This document shows positions 1-14,823 of a stretch of DNA of 64,000 bases, in pieces. Numbering within the stretch: the stretch's first letter is position 1; each line of letters starts with the position of its first letter. The notes below the pieces were generated by a model, which ran no database searches, was not told the DNA's origin, and worked only from the letters and a program-made list of their open reading frames with translations. Made by a program: the position numbers and the translations under genes. The DNA comes from Rhizophagus irregularis (Eukaryota): the NCBI RefSeq assembly GCF_026210795.1, contig NC_089433.1:4526001-4590000 (forward strand), in the 5' to 3' direction.

Positions 1-2879
1 ATGAAGCTATTCCTGCATATTTTATTATTATTAAATATCCTGAATATTATAATTCCAATATTAGATAATTGAAAAAAATAAAAGATGCCAGTTATTCTAT
101 TCTCTGGTTGTAGACAGATTTGCCATTAATTAAAAAATATGAATTTTCAGTATTCCCAAAAAATATATTTACATTTTCTAATTATCTAATTAATTGAATA
201 TTTTTAAAAAAGATTACTATGTTTTTACATCCAAAATAAGATCAATTCTTTAAGGCCAGTTGCTTCAGCATGGCGTGCAAATCATTCAGTCCCAAATCTC
301 CAAAAATAGATTCTGATTGAGTAATGTTTTATAATCCAATATATTCTTCCACAAAAGTCTTACAGAAATTAAACACCACGTGTGAGAAACGAATAACATG
401 AATATAAGGAAGTTTTATTAAATTTTTAAAAATTTCATTAAGACAATCATCATTAAGTTGATCCGTTATGTTATTCAATACTTTAAAGTCAAAAGCCGAT
501 GAGGAGGAGGATGAGACTTTGAGTCTTAATTCAAAATCTTTTGAAAAATTTTTGGATATGTTCAAATGTTTTTACATTTTTAAATTGAAAGAAATAATAT
601 AAATAAGAAAATTTAAATAAATAAAAAAATCTCAATGTTGTAGGATGATTACAATTTAACTTGAATACATATCATTTTTATGGATGAAAACTCAGAATAA
701 CTTAGATTAAATACAGTATACTCTATTAAATATCAGTTTATCAGTTTTTCCATAATAACTTAAAAGTTGATTTAAATTTCAATATATTTTAGTTAGTTTA
801 TTGAATATTAAATCAATGACTTCATTAGGTGTATTCTTTAGTCTGTTAATCTTTATTTCAAGATTCTGGACTAATATCCTCTAAATAAAGGCACTGATGT
901 TGCAAGCATACATATGTACTTTTGATAGATTAATAAATTCATTGTGTAGATTAATCCATACAAAATGTTAAATTCATTGTATATATAAATATATATAAGT
1001 CCCTTTAATGCAATGATCTTCAATTTCATAATAAAATTAAAAGTAGTTCATTGTGTTTGATAGATTCGGACTGGGCCTATTTCAAAAATATAATAAGCAC
1101 AAATGACCATAATATAGAAATGTTCTGAGATAATATGTTTTATCTCCTTTTTTGCAATGTCTTTTTCCCAATAAGCTGTCCAAGAAAATATGAAAACTGG
1201 AATTTGCTGCAACTTTAAATAAGTTGATATATAAATGATCATAATGAATTCAGCTCTACAACATTGTACTCCCATTTTGGAATAATATGTGTTGAAGGTT
1301 CATAGTGAACTTGATGCTAAACTATTTGAAATAATTTGTGTTTCAATAGTGAGTAAGGGCCTACTAGAAAATATATGGGTGTATATTTCTTGTTCCATAA
1401 TGATGTATGTTTGATAATGGTGTATATATAATGATAAGTGTTATTATCCTCCTGATATTTAGCCAGTAAAGCTTCATGTAAATAGATGAAATTAGTGATT
1501 ATAAATCTTAATACAACGAAATCTTATCAAGCATCTCGATATTTGAAAGTATTTATTTTGAGTTTACTATTAATGGGTCTGTTCAGTATATTTATATTAC
1601 TAGGGTTTCATGATGATTTAAGATGTAGATTATCTTAATCTCCCCTAAGCCCTATGAAATTTTAGATGAACCTGTCGGAACTATATTATTAAAAGCCTGT
1701 CTAAGCTTTTCTAAGCCTACAAATATGCCAAAATTAGAAAAATTCAACCAAAACAAGTTATTTCAGAAAACTTTGCCACCGTTAGGATTATTAGAAAGAA
1801 ACCATTTTGTGGCGCAATAAGACAGGTTTGAAAATTCTGATGATAAATAACGAACCAATGATTAACTGTAATAATACAGTAGATGTCTCGTGCCAATTAC
1901 TGGTACAAGACCCATAAATAACTGTATATAAATCTGACAAAAAAAAAAATTCAACTATTAGCTGTACGTATTTTCAGGGCCGGAATTATGATAAATGTTG
2001 GTCAGTATCTAAATAAGGTAATAAATTTTCAATGTGAAAATCCAAATAGAAAAGATCTACGATATTACGCTTGCGGCCTCTTTATGTGCGTTTTTAAATA
2101 ATTTTTTTTTTAAAAAAAATGGGTTTATGAGACAATTATTTTAGTCGTCATATTCTTTTTTGATATTATCATAAGTACTATGGGCCCTTTATGATAAAAT
2201 AAATCTTAATTCTTTTAGTAATATATTAATTTTCTGGACAACCTTTATGTAAATTTTATGAGAATATCATTATGAGAGAATATTTCGCAATTGTCACATA
2301 TATATTTTTACAAATAAACTATTCCCTAATTGACTTGTTATTTATTACATGAATTTATTGTTATTAAGTACATTTAATTTTAAAAACCAATTAGCGTTTA
2401 TGAAAATGAAGTATATTAAATTCAAACTCCTTGTTGTACTTCTAGAAACCATCAGAATACAATATTATATCAGAATATTATAAATCAAAAAATTTAATCT
2501 TCATAACCTATATTAAAAATTTTGTAATTAATAATTTTTGCAAGGGAATTTGTTTCGATATTACGTGGAAATTGATCTACATAATATACTTGTATATGTA
2601 AATCGATTTTCGAATTGTGTAGTCGAATTAAAAAAAAAAAAAATAGATTTTCTATATCTCTATTACTAATAATTTTTATCTCTTCAATTTGTAATTCGTA
2701 CAAGATAAGGTACAAATCGATCATCCAACTTGCCCCTGAATGTTTATCGCAGATCATCACGGAAATTTGATATTTTTTCATGTGATATTAACAAATTTTT
2801 TTTTTTTTTTTTTTTTACAAAATTTTTTTCATATATATATAAAATACGAACAAATTATTGATTTTTTCTCTACGGTACA

Positions 2880-4406
2880 ATGGATCTCATTTTATCCGTA
2901 CTTAGTTGTGCTTTAATCCTAGGTAAAGTATAAAATATTGGAAAGAAATTCACTATTTACATTATATTTAACTTAGGTTTTAACTTTATTTTCTATTCGC
3001 GTATATATAGCATTTAAAATTCCGCTAGTCATTCTTGCATATTTTACGTTTTACTTCTTTAAAAAAGGACATAAATCACCAAATTTATTTCAACGTATAT
3101 CAGCGACCATCTTCAAAACTTTTCAATTATATTTACCCCTATGGCTGATAAGAAAATTATATAACTCATGTGGAACATTGAAAATAATCTCTCATGAACA
3201 AAAAAAGCATTGGGTAAAGAAATTGGATGCAAGTAATGAAAAAAACGGATGGGAAGGATATTTAATTGCTGATGATGTTGAACATTCAGAAATAGGAAAG
3301 GATGTTGATATGATTATTTTATACGCTCATGGTAAGTAGAAAGGAAAGTTTTGGTTAAAACTATTTGATTTGTTGCTACACTTTTGTTTCAATATAATAG
3401 GTGGAGGATACGTTTGCGGTAACGCTTTAATATTCTTATCTACGTTCATCGATTGGATTAAAGCATGGAAATTAAGTTATGGTGCTAGAACACAAATCTT
3501 GTCTCTAGAATACAGTAAGCTAATTAAATATTTTAAATATAGTTGTTTTATTAGCGTACGGTTATAATGAATATTTTAAAATTTAATTTTATAGGATTAG
3601 CTCCTGAGTATTCATTCCCAGCTTCTAGAGAAAATTTGGTGGCGTGCTATCAATGGCTTGTTAATGAAAAGAAAATTAGCCCATCTAAAATTACTTTTGG
3701 TACGTGATTTTATAATTTATTCAAAACTGATATTATATTTAAAACATTTAAAACGATTATATTCAAAAGTAAAATTTTTTTAGCTGGTGATAGTGCGGGT
3801 GGAAATTTGGTTGTAACTAGTGCTATACATCTTGTCAATCAATTACACGTAGTTCCTCCAGCCGCTCTTCTTTTAATATCTCCTTGCGTAAACGTGAGTG
3901 AATTATCTAAATTATTATTTTTCTTATTCCAATTCAATATTTTATTAAAAATTTATTTAATAACTTTACGTGATCTGTTTTAATTATAAGTACAAAAGAT
4001 CTAATACAACACTTTTCGATTTTTTCAGGGATTAACAAGTGCCCAATCGTTTATCAGCAATGATTCATTTGATTGCATAAATATTACTTGGTTCCACCAT
4101 TGTCTAGAATTGTATCTAGGCGACTCAAATCTTCCTCCAACTTGTCCAATGATTTCTCCTATATTCGAAAATAAACTTTCAGGCTTACCGAAAGTATGGG
4201 CTTGTGTAGGAAGTTATGAAGTCTTTTTAGACGACGTTAAATTATTTATTGAAAAACTATTGTCAAATAACGTAAAAGCAGAATTGACAATAGAAGATGC
4301 CAATATTCATGCTTACGCTGTGGAAAAACTATTAAGTAGAAATGGTGCTTATGATAATACCATCAAACGCATTGGAGAGTTTTTGTATGGTGAAAATATT
4401 AATTAA
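2880..4406 (+). CDS. Alpha/beta hydrolase, hormone-sensitive-lipase family (Abhydrolase_3), 6 exons
   Basis: ATG 2880; exons ~2880-2922, 3011-3331, 3401-3514, 3595-3699, 3784-3893, 4029-4406 with GT-AG introns. Motifs YAHGGGY (split by an intron), GDSAGGN, EVFLDD and HAY; hydrophobic N-terminus. Paralogue at 30927-32367. Confidence 0.88.
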
Positions 4407-5580
4407 GTAATTTCAAGTCTTAAAAAATTTGCAACGTTGCAATGTGAAAAAGTAAATTAAGTATGTTTCATATGAATGATATCTTAAATTAAAAAAAAAA
4501 ATATTTTTTTTACCATGTTCTCGAAAATATTCTTTAATAGTTGAATTTTTTTTTATATTTCTTAATGACTTGATTTTGTTTATAAAGAATAAAAAACTTT
4601 CCTTATCATCATTTCTTTCAATATGTTTTAAAAAAAACATTAAATTAGAAAGTGATTTTAAAATATCATTGAAATTATTTCACGTGCTGTCCTATGTCGG
4701 ACGTAAATACCGAAATGAAATTCGAATGAGGGAAATCAATTTACATAATTTGTGACGGGACTGGTTAAGGTATCTCAAAAATCGGAAAATCAACTATGTC
4801 AAATTATCTAATAAGGTCCCGGCAGAGATGTGAAATGTCGTGTCATGTTCTCCAGACTTAAGAATTTTATTAACTTTTTAGTAATAAGTTCGATATGATA
4901 TCTCACTTACAATTAAATATATGAATAAAAACAAATTGGTACAATTTGCATCCAAAAAAATTTTAATTTTAATCGACTAAAGGTTCTTGGTTAGTCGGTT
5001 TTTAGCCAACCTGTTAAAGTTTATTTTTGGTCGGTTCCGATCTTAAGTGAATTATTTATATTAAATCTTAATTGTATATAGTATATGTGAAAAATGATAA
5101 TAATACCATTTTACTTCCGGTTCGATTTACTAAATCAATTAAAACCAATTTTTAATTTATACGTGATTAGGTTTATCAGTTTACAATTTAGTGGTAAAGT
5201 AACGTTTTAAATTTTGGGCATAATAAGTTCATGAAATCATATGTAAAAGCCGTGATTTATATCAATAAGAAGAAAAGAATAAGATAGAAATAATAATTAT
5301 GCACATAGCGATAGCCTTATTTTGTCAAAACAAGTTTATTAAAGATAAATAATACACTTTTTTTTTAAGAAAAAAAATGGGTTTATATAATTCCAAAAAT
5401 ATATAAAAATATATAAACATATTTATATATTGATGGCTTATTTTGTCAACAATCAAATCAGAACAAGTTTATTATACATTTTAATAAAAAAAAATAGGTT
5501 TATAATTCCAAAAAATATAAAAAATATATAAAAGTATATAAATAATTCACAAAATCTTAGGATTCTAAACAAGCTTTTCT

Positions 5581-6123
5581 TTTCTTTTTTTTGTCCTTTA
5601 TTAGTATTGAGATAATTACAAACGTAACTAATCCCAATATAGATGTTAATATATAATAAATACATCATATCAATAAAGTATCTATCTAATACATAATTAT
5701 TGGCTATACCAAAAATAAAACCTAATTACAGTACAAAAGACTACTCTATTGAATACATTTACTCTTTATCACCATCAGTATCACTAAATTCCCTAGCACC
5801 CTGAGATTGCGCACTACGTTTTTTATTAGCGTTCAAAGTATCATTACCTGTTTCACCTTCTTTACCTTTGCCTTTAAATCCTTCTGTATTACCACTAATT
5901 TCCTTAATTCTATCACTAAATTCCTTATTCAATTTATCAAACTCTTTAACCGGATCCTTATTGTAAGTCGTTGAACCCATTCGACTATCCTTCCAATCAA
6001 AATACCAATTAGCGTTGTTAATTGAAGTCGTATGAGTTCTTCACGTTCTAGGCGATCCATCGCTACATATAATTTGATCCTGTGATTTCAATTGTAAATC
6101 TGTTCCTACTAAATCATCTTGCA
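5581..6123 (-). mobile_element. 5'-truncated non-LTR (LINE-like) retroelement fragment
   Basis: 14-bp direct repeat AAACAAGCTTTTCT at 5567-5580 and 6124-6137 (TSD); A-rich tail on the minus strand at ~5581-5595. Peptide (FDKLNKEFSDRI) and UTR (TGTATTAGATAGATACTTTATT) similarity to the copy at 26160-26900. Confidence 0.7.
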
Positions 6124-9100
6124 AAACAAGCTTTTCTATTTTTTAAAAAAAATTTCAAAATTAATACTATATATAATAATTAAGTATTAATGTGATAACA
6201 TCAGATATACTAAAAAAAGTAACTCACCATTATTTTGTATTTCAGTTTTTATCTCTGCAACTTTACACAATGAATTTTGGACTGTAGAATTTATGTCTGG
6301 TAAAGGTGACCTATTATTAAATTAATCACTATCATATTAGCTACATTAATATCTAACTTAATTATTCCTATTTATAATTCAAATTAATACCATTGAGCGT
6401 AATTAATATCAAGTTCAATTTCTCTTGAACTATACTCTAAGAAATATAAGAAATAAGAAATATATAACAATAAGTTTCAATTGAATTCTTAAATTATGTT
6501 TTGTACAATTTAACACATACCTTGTTTTATTGGAAACATTTCATTTAATGGTCTACTAGTATAAATCGCATTTGGGCATTGAATATTATTCACTGAATTC
6601 TGAGTAGTAGAATTTAATTCTGATAAAGATGACCTAAATATAAATATTTTTAAATTATTAATTGCATTAATGTCTGTTTTAATTATTTTGTAATTACATA
6701 TTAATACCGTTTAACATTGTTAATATCAAACTCAAGATCTTTTGAAATATACTCTAAAATATAGAAAATGTAGGATAAATTTTGTATATTATTAATGCTT
6801 AAAAATAATTATAACGTTAAGTATTATAAATAAGATAAAAAAATTAATACCTTGTTTCTTATTAAAAGTTGATGATGATAAACTAATAGATAATGACTCT
6901 GAGTCAGAGATTAAAGGATTTAATAATCTGCTAGTATAAATAGCTCCAGGATGAGAGTTTACGGCAAATCTAGGATCAAGTTTGTTTATCTTTATTAATC
7001 CCAATCGTATTTTTTCAGCTTGATTAAATTCATCATCTTCCATATTTACAGCTTGATTAATATGTGAATGTAAAATATTTTTTATTGCACATCTCCATAA
7101 AGCAATGGTTTTACGAATTTCTTCTATACGAGGTCTTTTTAAAGGATCAGAATCCCAACATTTTTTCATTAAATTACTAAAACATTTAGGAGTATCATCT
7201 GTGATTTCAGGTCGTTTTCCATCAATAATTTTATAAATAAGATCAATGTCATGGTCAAAATCAGCAAAAGGTTTACAACCTATCGTTAATTCCCACATAA
7301 TTATACCAAAACTATAAATATCTGATTCTTTTGAAAATTTGTTACCATCAAATATTTCTGGAGCGATATAAGGTATTACTCCATATATTTCATTATTTGA
7401 TGAAGTAACATTTGCAGGCTGTGATAATCCTAAATCTCCAATGTGCCATTTTTCATCAACTAATAATATATTTCCACTATGTAAATCTCTATGTATAAAA
7501 TTCTCTTTATGAATGCAATCAACTCTAAAAATAAAGTAAACAACTTTGATAGTTAGCCAACCTAATATTAATTGACGAGCACAAATTAAATAAATATAAT
7601 AATCACCCCCTTGAAATTTCCAGTAAAATAGTTAATTTATCTTTCCATGTAATATTTTTAAAATTGTTTTGTAAATAATTATGCAAATCTCCTCCATCTG
7701 CATATTGCATTATTATCATATGATCTTTTGTATTAGGATCTTGTGTAATACCATAATATTTAATAATATGTTCAAATCTATTATGATATTGAATAAATGA
7801 TTTTAACTAACATAAATTATAAGGTAGTTATTGGTTAATTTATTAAATAATAGAAATAAAAGATTAACTTTTTATATATTTACCTCATTAATAAAATATT
7901 TACTGATATTCTGTGATTTCAAAAATTTTTTTACAGCAACAATTTTTCCATTAGGTGATGAATTTATTTTCCAAACTGCTTTATAAATTATACCAAATCC
8001 TCCCTCTGCAATTCTTTTAAAATCTTTAGTTTTGGAATATTCAATCACTTTTATATTTTTCCGACTCGTCTCAATTCTATTTTTAATAAAATCATATATT
8101 TTTAATGGGTCATTGTCTTTATAAGTATTATTCATAAATTTAGAAATTTCATCATTAGTATCAATAGTAGAATTAAGAATTTCATCTATATTATGATTTC
8201 CATTGATACTAATAGGTTTCACTTTTTTGCATTTTATACATTGAGATTGGTTTGTAAATCCAAAAATAATATTTGTTGTTAAACAATATCTACATCCATT
8301 ATAAATTATAAAGCAATGTGAACACCATTTTTGACTGTCAGATTTATATTTTAACTTCTGCCTACAAACTATACAATCACTAAAAGTATCCCACCAAGGT
8401 AAATAAAGTATTGGAATATTTTTTTTGGTTAAGGTTGATTCTGTATATCCAGAAGAAACTGAATAGCAATCCAAACACATGAAAGAAATTTGGTGATTAA
8501 TTAATTTTCCACACTTACAACTTTCACTTTGAATTACCTTACTTTGTTCATTTATATCAAATGAATGATGTGTAATAATCTGTTTAAAGTATGAAATTTC
8601 AGAACAAATAATGCACCATTCTTGTATATTTTTTGTACAAACCCCCAAATTTCTCAGTTTATCATGTTCAGTACATTGAGTATTACTTGTGAATATATGT
8701 ACATCTACCGTATTTTGAGTTGTAAACTTTGCAAACTTAATGTACCAATGTAAGCAATATTTGCAATATTTTTGTTTAAACAGAAGTGTTAATGAATATT
8801 CATTTCTACATTGATGACATATATTCTCATTATTATTAAAAGGAATGAATATGATTGGAATAGAAAAATTTTCTTTACTTTCTAAATTTGAATGGGAAAT
8901 ATATTTTAGGTCAATATAATTAAGCTTACTTATAAATCCATATAATTTTAATAAGTTAGAATTTTTATCATTAACATATTTAACAATCCGATCGTGATTA
9001 ACAGCATTCATTTTTGTAGAAACAATAAAATTTTCCATAATATTTTTAGTATCAATAGTTATAAATGATCTTCTTTTACATTTTTTACATTTAGATTGAT

Positions 9101-10649
9101 TTGTAAATCCAAAAACAATATTCGTTGTTAAGCAATATCTACATCCAATATAAATTGTAAAACAATTTGAACACCATTTTTGACAATCATCTGATGCCTC
9201 AGAGGGTATATCATTTAAGATATGTTTACAAACAATACACTGCTCAATATTATACCACAATGATAAATAAAGAATTAAAATAACTTTTTCAGTTAAAGTA
9301 GATTCTATCCATTCAAAAGAGATTAAATAACATTTTGAACACAAACTAAACTCAGTATTGATTGATAAATTTTGCCGACCACATAGTGTACAATCCTTTA
9401 CATATTTAATTATTTCATTTTGTCTTTCATAATAATAATTCATATCAAATGAATATTTTGTAACTATTTGCTTAAAATATAAAATCTCAGAACAGTTCAT
9501 ACACCATTCTTGAATATTTTGTGTATATGATTCAATATTTTTTGATTCATGTTTAATACAATGAGAATTACTAGAATTATTTATATGCACATCTAAACAT
9601 ACATTTTTGTCACTTAAGTCCTTGTGATACCAATACAAACAATATTTGCAATATTTTTGTTCAAATAAGATTGTTAAAGAATAATTAAGTCCACAATAGT
9701 TACACCTATCCATATTATTACTAAAGGAAATAAATCGAATTTGTCCATTTTCTTTAATAGGATAAGAACGATTATCCGGATTTTGGTATTGTTTGGATAA
9801 TTTGATATTAGACATATACCTATATACTGTATTCACCAAATCTGATTCTTGTTTAATATTATTCATCCGATTAACAAGATTATTCATTTTAATAATATCA
9901 AAATTGTCTAAATTATACTCAATGCATGTAACGTTGATATTAATAACTCTTTTACATTTTCTACATTTAGATTGTTTTGTAATTCCAAAAATAATATTTG
10001 TTGTCAAACAATATCTACACCCTGTGTAAATTACATAACAATGTGAACACCATTTTTGACAGTCAGATTTATATTCTAAATTCATTTTACAAGCCAAAGT
10101 ACAAATACTTGAATTATCCCACCAAGGTAAATAAACAATTGGAATAAGTTTTTTGTCCAAAGTTGATTCTATCCATTCAGAAGAAGTAAAATAGCAATTT
10201 GGACATAAATCAAATAAATTATTGTAATCTTTCTTATATTCACATAATTTACATTTAGTTTCTTTAACTATATTCCATTTATTTTTATTCATTTCATTAT
10301 TTTCAAGAAAATTAAAGTGATCAAATAATATTATGTCTTTTGTAATTATTTGCTTAAAACATAAAATATTAGAATAACCATTGCACCATTCTTGAATAGT
10401 TTGTGTATCTTGAACTTTATTTCTTATGACATCCAAATATATATTGTTGTCAGTCAGTTTCTTAGCATAATCAAATAAGCAATTTTCACAAAATCTTTGA
10501 CAAAATAGTGTCTGAGAATAAAAACTTTTACAGTAAGCACAAACAAACGTATCGTTATCGAAAGGAATGAACAAAATTGGCACAGGACTGGATTTTAATC
10601 TTGGTGTACGATTGAAAGAGTTTTTATCGTTAGTACTTATAAGTTCCAT
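6041..10649 (-). CDS. Tyrosine-kinase-like protein kinase with a triplicated Cys-rich N-terminal region
   Basis: Exon 1 10649-7884 ends in AEGGFG...VAVKK. Exons 7806-7607 and 7524-6851 carry HRDLHSGNIL, GDLG, PYIAPE and DIYSFG. Small 3' exons lie at ~6754-6708, 6633-6521, 6436-6391, 6311-6227; the last exon runs from 6135 to TGA at 6043-6041. Confidence 0.85.
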
Positions 10650-11314
10650 GATATAGTTTATTTTATTGAATAATGAAGGAAGAAAATTTTGAAAAATTAA
10701 AAATTATGAAGATATTTATAATAGAATTTCGGAAAAATATCTCCGTAAAGAATTCCTCCTCAGAATTCCATGATGTATCAGGTATTTAAATAAGGAAATG
10801 ATCTGCAGTAAGTAAGAATTTTTTTTTGCCGATTATTTTTGAATACTGTGAATACTGTAAATAATTTTTATTTCTGACAATTTAATTTAAATTATTGCAA
10901 GAGATTATCATAATCATGTGTTAATCATATTACGCTCATTAATTTTATTATGATATTAAGTGAATTATTTACATTTCATAGTTAAATTTCTCGAAATGCA
11001 TTATAAATCAAAAATCCAGGATGTCGATCATCCGGACTGAAGATAGTTTTTGAACGTAGCTTAATGCCGTAATATACCTAGTAAATTTATTAATTATGAG
11101 GCGTAGTATTATATTTAGAATTAGTGTATAAATTTTAGTATTTAAAATTGTATGACGTTACAAATGCGTCCTACGGATTTGTTTATAGGTGAAGATCAAT
11201 GATCGACATATTGAATAAGATCCAAAAAATAACGTATAACTTGAAATTATTGAACGGGAACTATTGAGATATGAAAAGATACAAAAAGGGATTAAATTTG
11301 ACTTGATAAAATTT

Positions 11315-11450
11315 CGGGTTACGAATTTTCAAATTACGAAATTTAGAAATTACAAAATTTAAGTTACAAATTTTGAGATTATAAACTGAGATTATAAACT
11401 GAGGTTATAAGCTGAGGTTATGAATTTAGGTTATGAATTTTGGAAAATTG
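11315..11450. repeat. Short degenerate tandem repeats (TTACGAAATTTT / GAGATTATAAACT-like, ~12-14 bp)
   Basis: Directly visible repeated units. Confidence 0.6.
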
Positions 11451-13844
11451 TTTGAATATTTACTTTAAGGATACGAATTTGGAGATTTAATTGAATATTG
11501 GGATATTATTTTATTTATTAGTATTGTTAAACCAAGCATATATTGTATTTATTTATATTATTTTATATTATTAATAAAGTATTACTTTGTTAAGTCCTAA
11601 GGTGGCAAATTTATTGTTGTACGGGCCTTAATAGTAAATTGATAAAGCACCGGACGATCATCGTAATAAAAAATTTGTCTTCATCAAAAAATTTGTCCCA
11701 TGAGAAGAAAAAACGAAAAAAAAATATTTATAAAATATTGAACTCAATTTATAAAAATGCCTACATACATTTAGAAGTACTGTGTAATCATATCAAATAT
11801 ATTCGTCACTATCCGTATTGTAGAAAATAGGAAATAGGTTGCGGGAATATTTGTCAATAGAAAACATCAATTCTTCAGTACTACTTAACTTAAAAATCTA
11901 TCTTACGACAATCACACTCCAATGTTTATATTAAGACCACATAATAATCTATTGGTAATAATTTATATTCGCAACTCTTTAAATCTGATTAATTAACTTT
12001 TTTTAACAAATAAAATATTAGTAAGTTTAATTAGAAACATTTTTTTTTTTTTTATGAAAAATAATCATTTTAATTGGTTACTTAAACGACTATGATACGC
12101 TCTACTTTTTTCTTGCTAATGACGTAACAAATTACTGTACGTGTAATAACAATTTACTCCATATTTTATGGAACAACAAAAAGTAAAAGTTTTGTTCCAA
12201 TTAAAATTGTTGTATTATAATTTCTATAATTTCTTTCAATAATACCATTTACATTAAACTTTAAACTTTTATTCATTCAATCCATCTTTGATCACCGAAA
12301 TTATCATGCATCACGTTGAATGATTATCCTTTCTATTTTATTAAATTGAAAGACACTGATATGCCAGATTGTGCCGTTAGAGAATGAAGCATGGCAACGA
12401 AACAATTTCATATCATGCAATTAATAATTATTTACTATTAATGGGTAAGTATTATAGTATTCATTTTATCACTAGTACATGAAAATGGATTATTTTAATA
12501 CGAAAGGAAATTTTGTGTAACTCTACAGGCACGTAAAGTATTAACGGGTAAGTTCGATGGTTGTTGTCATAATTAACTTCATTATTTAGCTGATATTATT
12601 AACAACGAGCTTTAAATTGTAAATTCGAATATAAGAATTTTCACCAATATTTAATGAAAAAAAAAAAGATAATAATAATAATAATAAAATTGTTTAATCT
12701 AATTAATAGTCTATTCAATGTATCTCAACTTCTACTTAACTCACCGACTGGAGAAATTGGGTCTTAATTATTTTTCATTCATTAGCCAAAATTGTAAATA
12801 TAACATGATCTAGTCAATTTAAAAATCATTCATAATTATTAAAAAGTACCATAATAAACTTTTCTACCCTAATTTTTTTATATGAGACTGTGTCCAACCC
12901 ATTGTCCCACATACTTTACGACATTACTCCAAAATTTAGGAAGAACTTCTTCTATTAACCGATATGATTAACGTAGCGAAAATATACATGCGTTATATCA
13001 TATCTTTATATTCTATACCAGTATACTAGCACCTTATAAATTTGTTTCATCAAATAACTCCTTTCTCTTTTTTTCTTGATTAATAACTACAAAAATAATT
13101 TAAAATTATTTATAATATATGAGAAATTATAAACATTAAATAAATAATGTAAATTACCTAAATGGTACTTGAAATCTTAAAACATTTTTATTTTAATAAT
13201 TTTTATAGAAAATTGTATTTCTTTCATTCCAATATCTATTACACAGATTACACAGATTTAAGATAGCTAAATTTATTTTCCTTGAAAAATTATAAATTCA
13301 AATAAAAGATTTTTTTACATTACACAACTTTCCAGTAAATTCACTCTGCAAGCGTAGTTGACGTTGTCTTCTATTTTTCTCTAATAAATTGTTTCTACAT
13401 CAGTTGAGTATTTGATAATAGCATTGCGTAATCAAATACAAGTTTACATTTTTAGAGTTTGAGCAAACAGTCTATTATTTAGCTGAGTAAAAGTTCTAAA
13501 TAGGTTTGGTGAACTTTGGTTGTTGTGTGTAAACCTCAAAACATGGTTTAAAATATCAAACAAATATTTTAATTTACCATTAATACTGTTAGACTTAATT
13601 ATTATTTTTTTTTTCAAAAAAAAAAAAAAAATTGCCACTTCTTGGCAAAATTTAGAAATTCGCTCCTTGATCAAGATGCAATAAAAGTGGATAAAGCAAA
13701 ATTTTAACTCTGTGTATCTATTTGTATAAATACTATTTTTCAATAATTTTAATAAATTTAACAAAAAATAAAACATACTTTTAAAAATAAGCCCACTCAC
13801 TGTATCCAAAAGTACACTAGTTAATTTTTTTTTTTATTTTGATA

Positions 13845-14823
13845 CTAGCAGTTTCCTGTTGCTTCGCACCGGGAGTAGTAGTATTACTATATAATATTAA
13901 ATTTTTAGTCACAATTAGAAGCTCACTTTGATTAATAATTAGATTATGAGAGTAATAAAATATAAATTAATTTTAATAAAACAATATGCAGGTAAATATT
14001 GTTATGTATCCATATAATTAAAAACAATCTCATCAAAAAAAATATTTTTATGTGAATTTATTAGTCAGGAAATAATATTGAAAAATTAATCTCAATAAAC
14101 AAAAAAAGTTCTCATTACAAAATTATTAATATTGTTATGTATCTATATAATTAAAAACAAACTAACTAAAAAAAAATTGTTGATATTAAAAAAAAAATTT
14201 TTACACGAATTTATTAGTCAGAACTCAGAAGCAATATCATTGACAAAAAAATCTCATCAACATCAAAAAATTTGTAGGACATAGTTCTAATTTGATTATA
14301 GTTTGATCCGATCTAAACTAAAAAAGAATAGTAATATTCTTTTGGGTTAAAAAAAATTCCAAAAATTTTGATAAATTCCGATTAAAAAAAATCCAATAAA
14401 AATATAATAAAAAAAAGAATAAGAAAAAATTTTGGTTAAAGTTAGTAACCGAAGGGATAAAAAAATTAATAAAAAAGACTAAAAAGGTAGTTTCAGTTTT
14501 TTACGGTAAAATCCGAAAATAAAAAAAAATTATTATTGTCTATCTAATAGAAAGGGTTAGTTGTGGTAACTAAGAGAGTGGTAATAACCGCAATTAAAAT
14601 ACTTTTTTTTTGTTAGTATTAATTTATTAGAATAAAAAAAATTCCAGTTAAAATTTTAATTAACCGGAAATGTATCAGTTTGAAGATTTTCTTAATTATG
14701 ATGATTTAATAAATACGAAATAGATCGGGCGCAAGAATATCACACTTTCAATGTTACACAATACAAATTATTTATATGGGTAATCTAAATATGATAAAAT
14801 TTTTTTAATTTAACTATTATAGA
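13845..14823 (-). mobile_element. Putative non-autonomous Helitron
   Basis: Minus-strand 3' end is an imperfect GC hairpin CCCGGTGCGAAGCAACAGG followed by CTAG|T at 13848-13845. Candidate 5' end A|TCTATAATAG at 14823. Internal direct repeat at ~14000-14100 and ~14130-14260. Confidence 0.5.

Noticed and set aside
240..565. F-box-like fragment LNDDCLNEIFKNL on the minus strand
   Set aside because: Short and followed by stops at the window edge; possibly a pseudogene but not supportable.
11180..11290. Weak similarity to 33745-33830 (AGGTGAAGATCA...ACTATTGA)
   Set aside because: Short and degenerate; probably an old dispersed repeat with no definable ends.
12880..12930. MRLCPT/IVPHTLR resembling a cytochrome P450 ExxR region
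   Set aside because: Too short, frameshifted, and no heme motif found.
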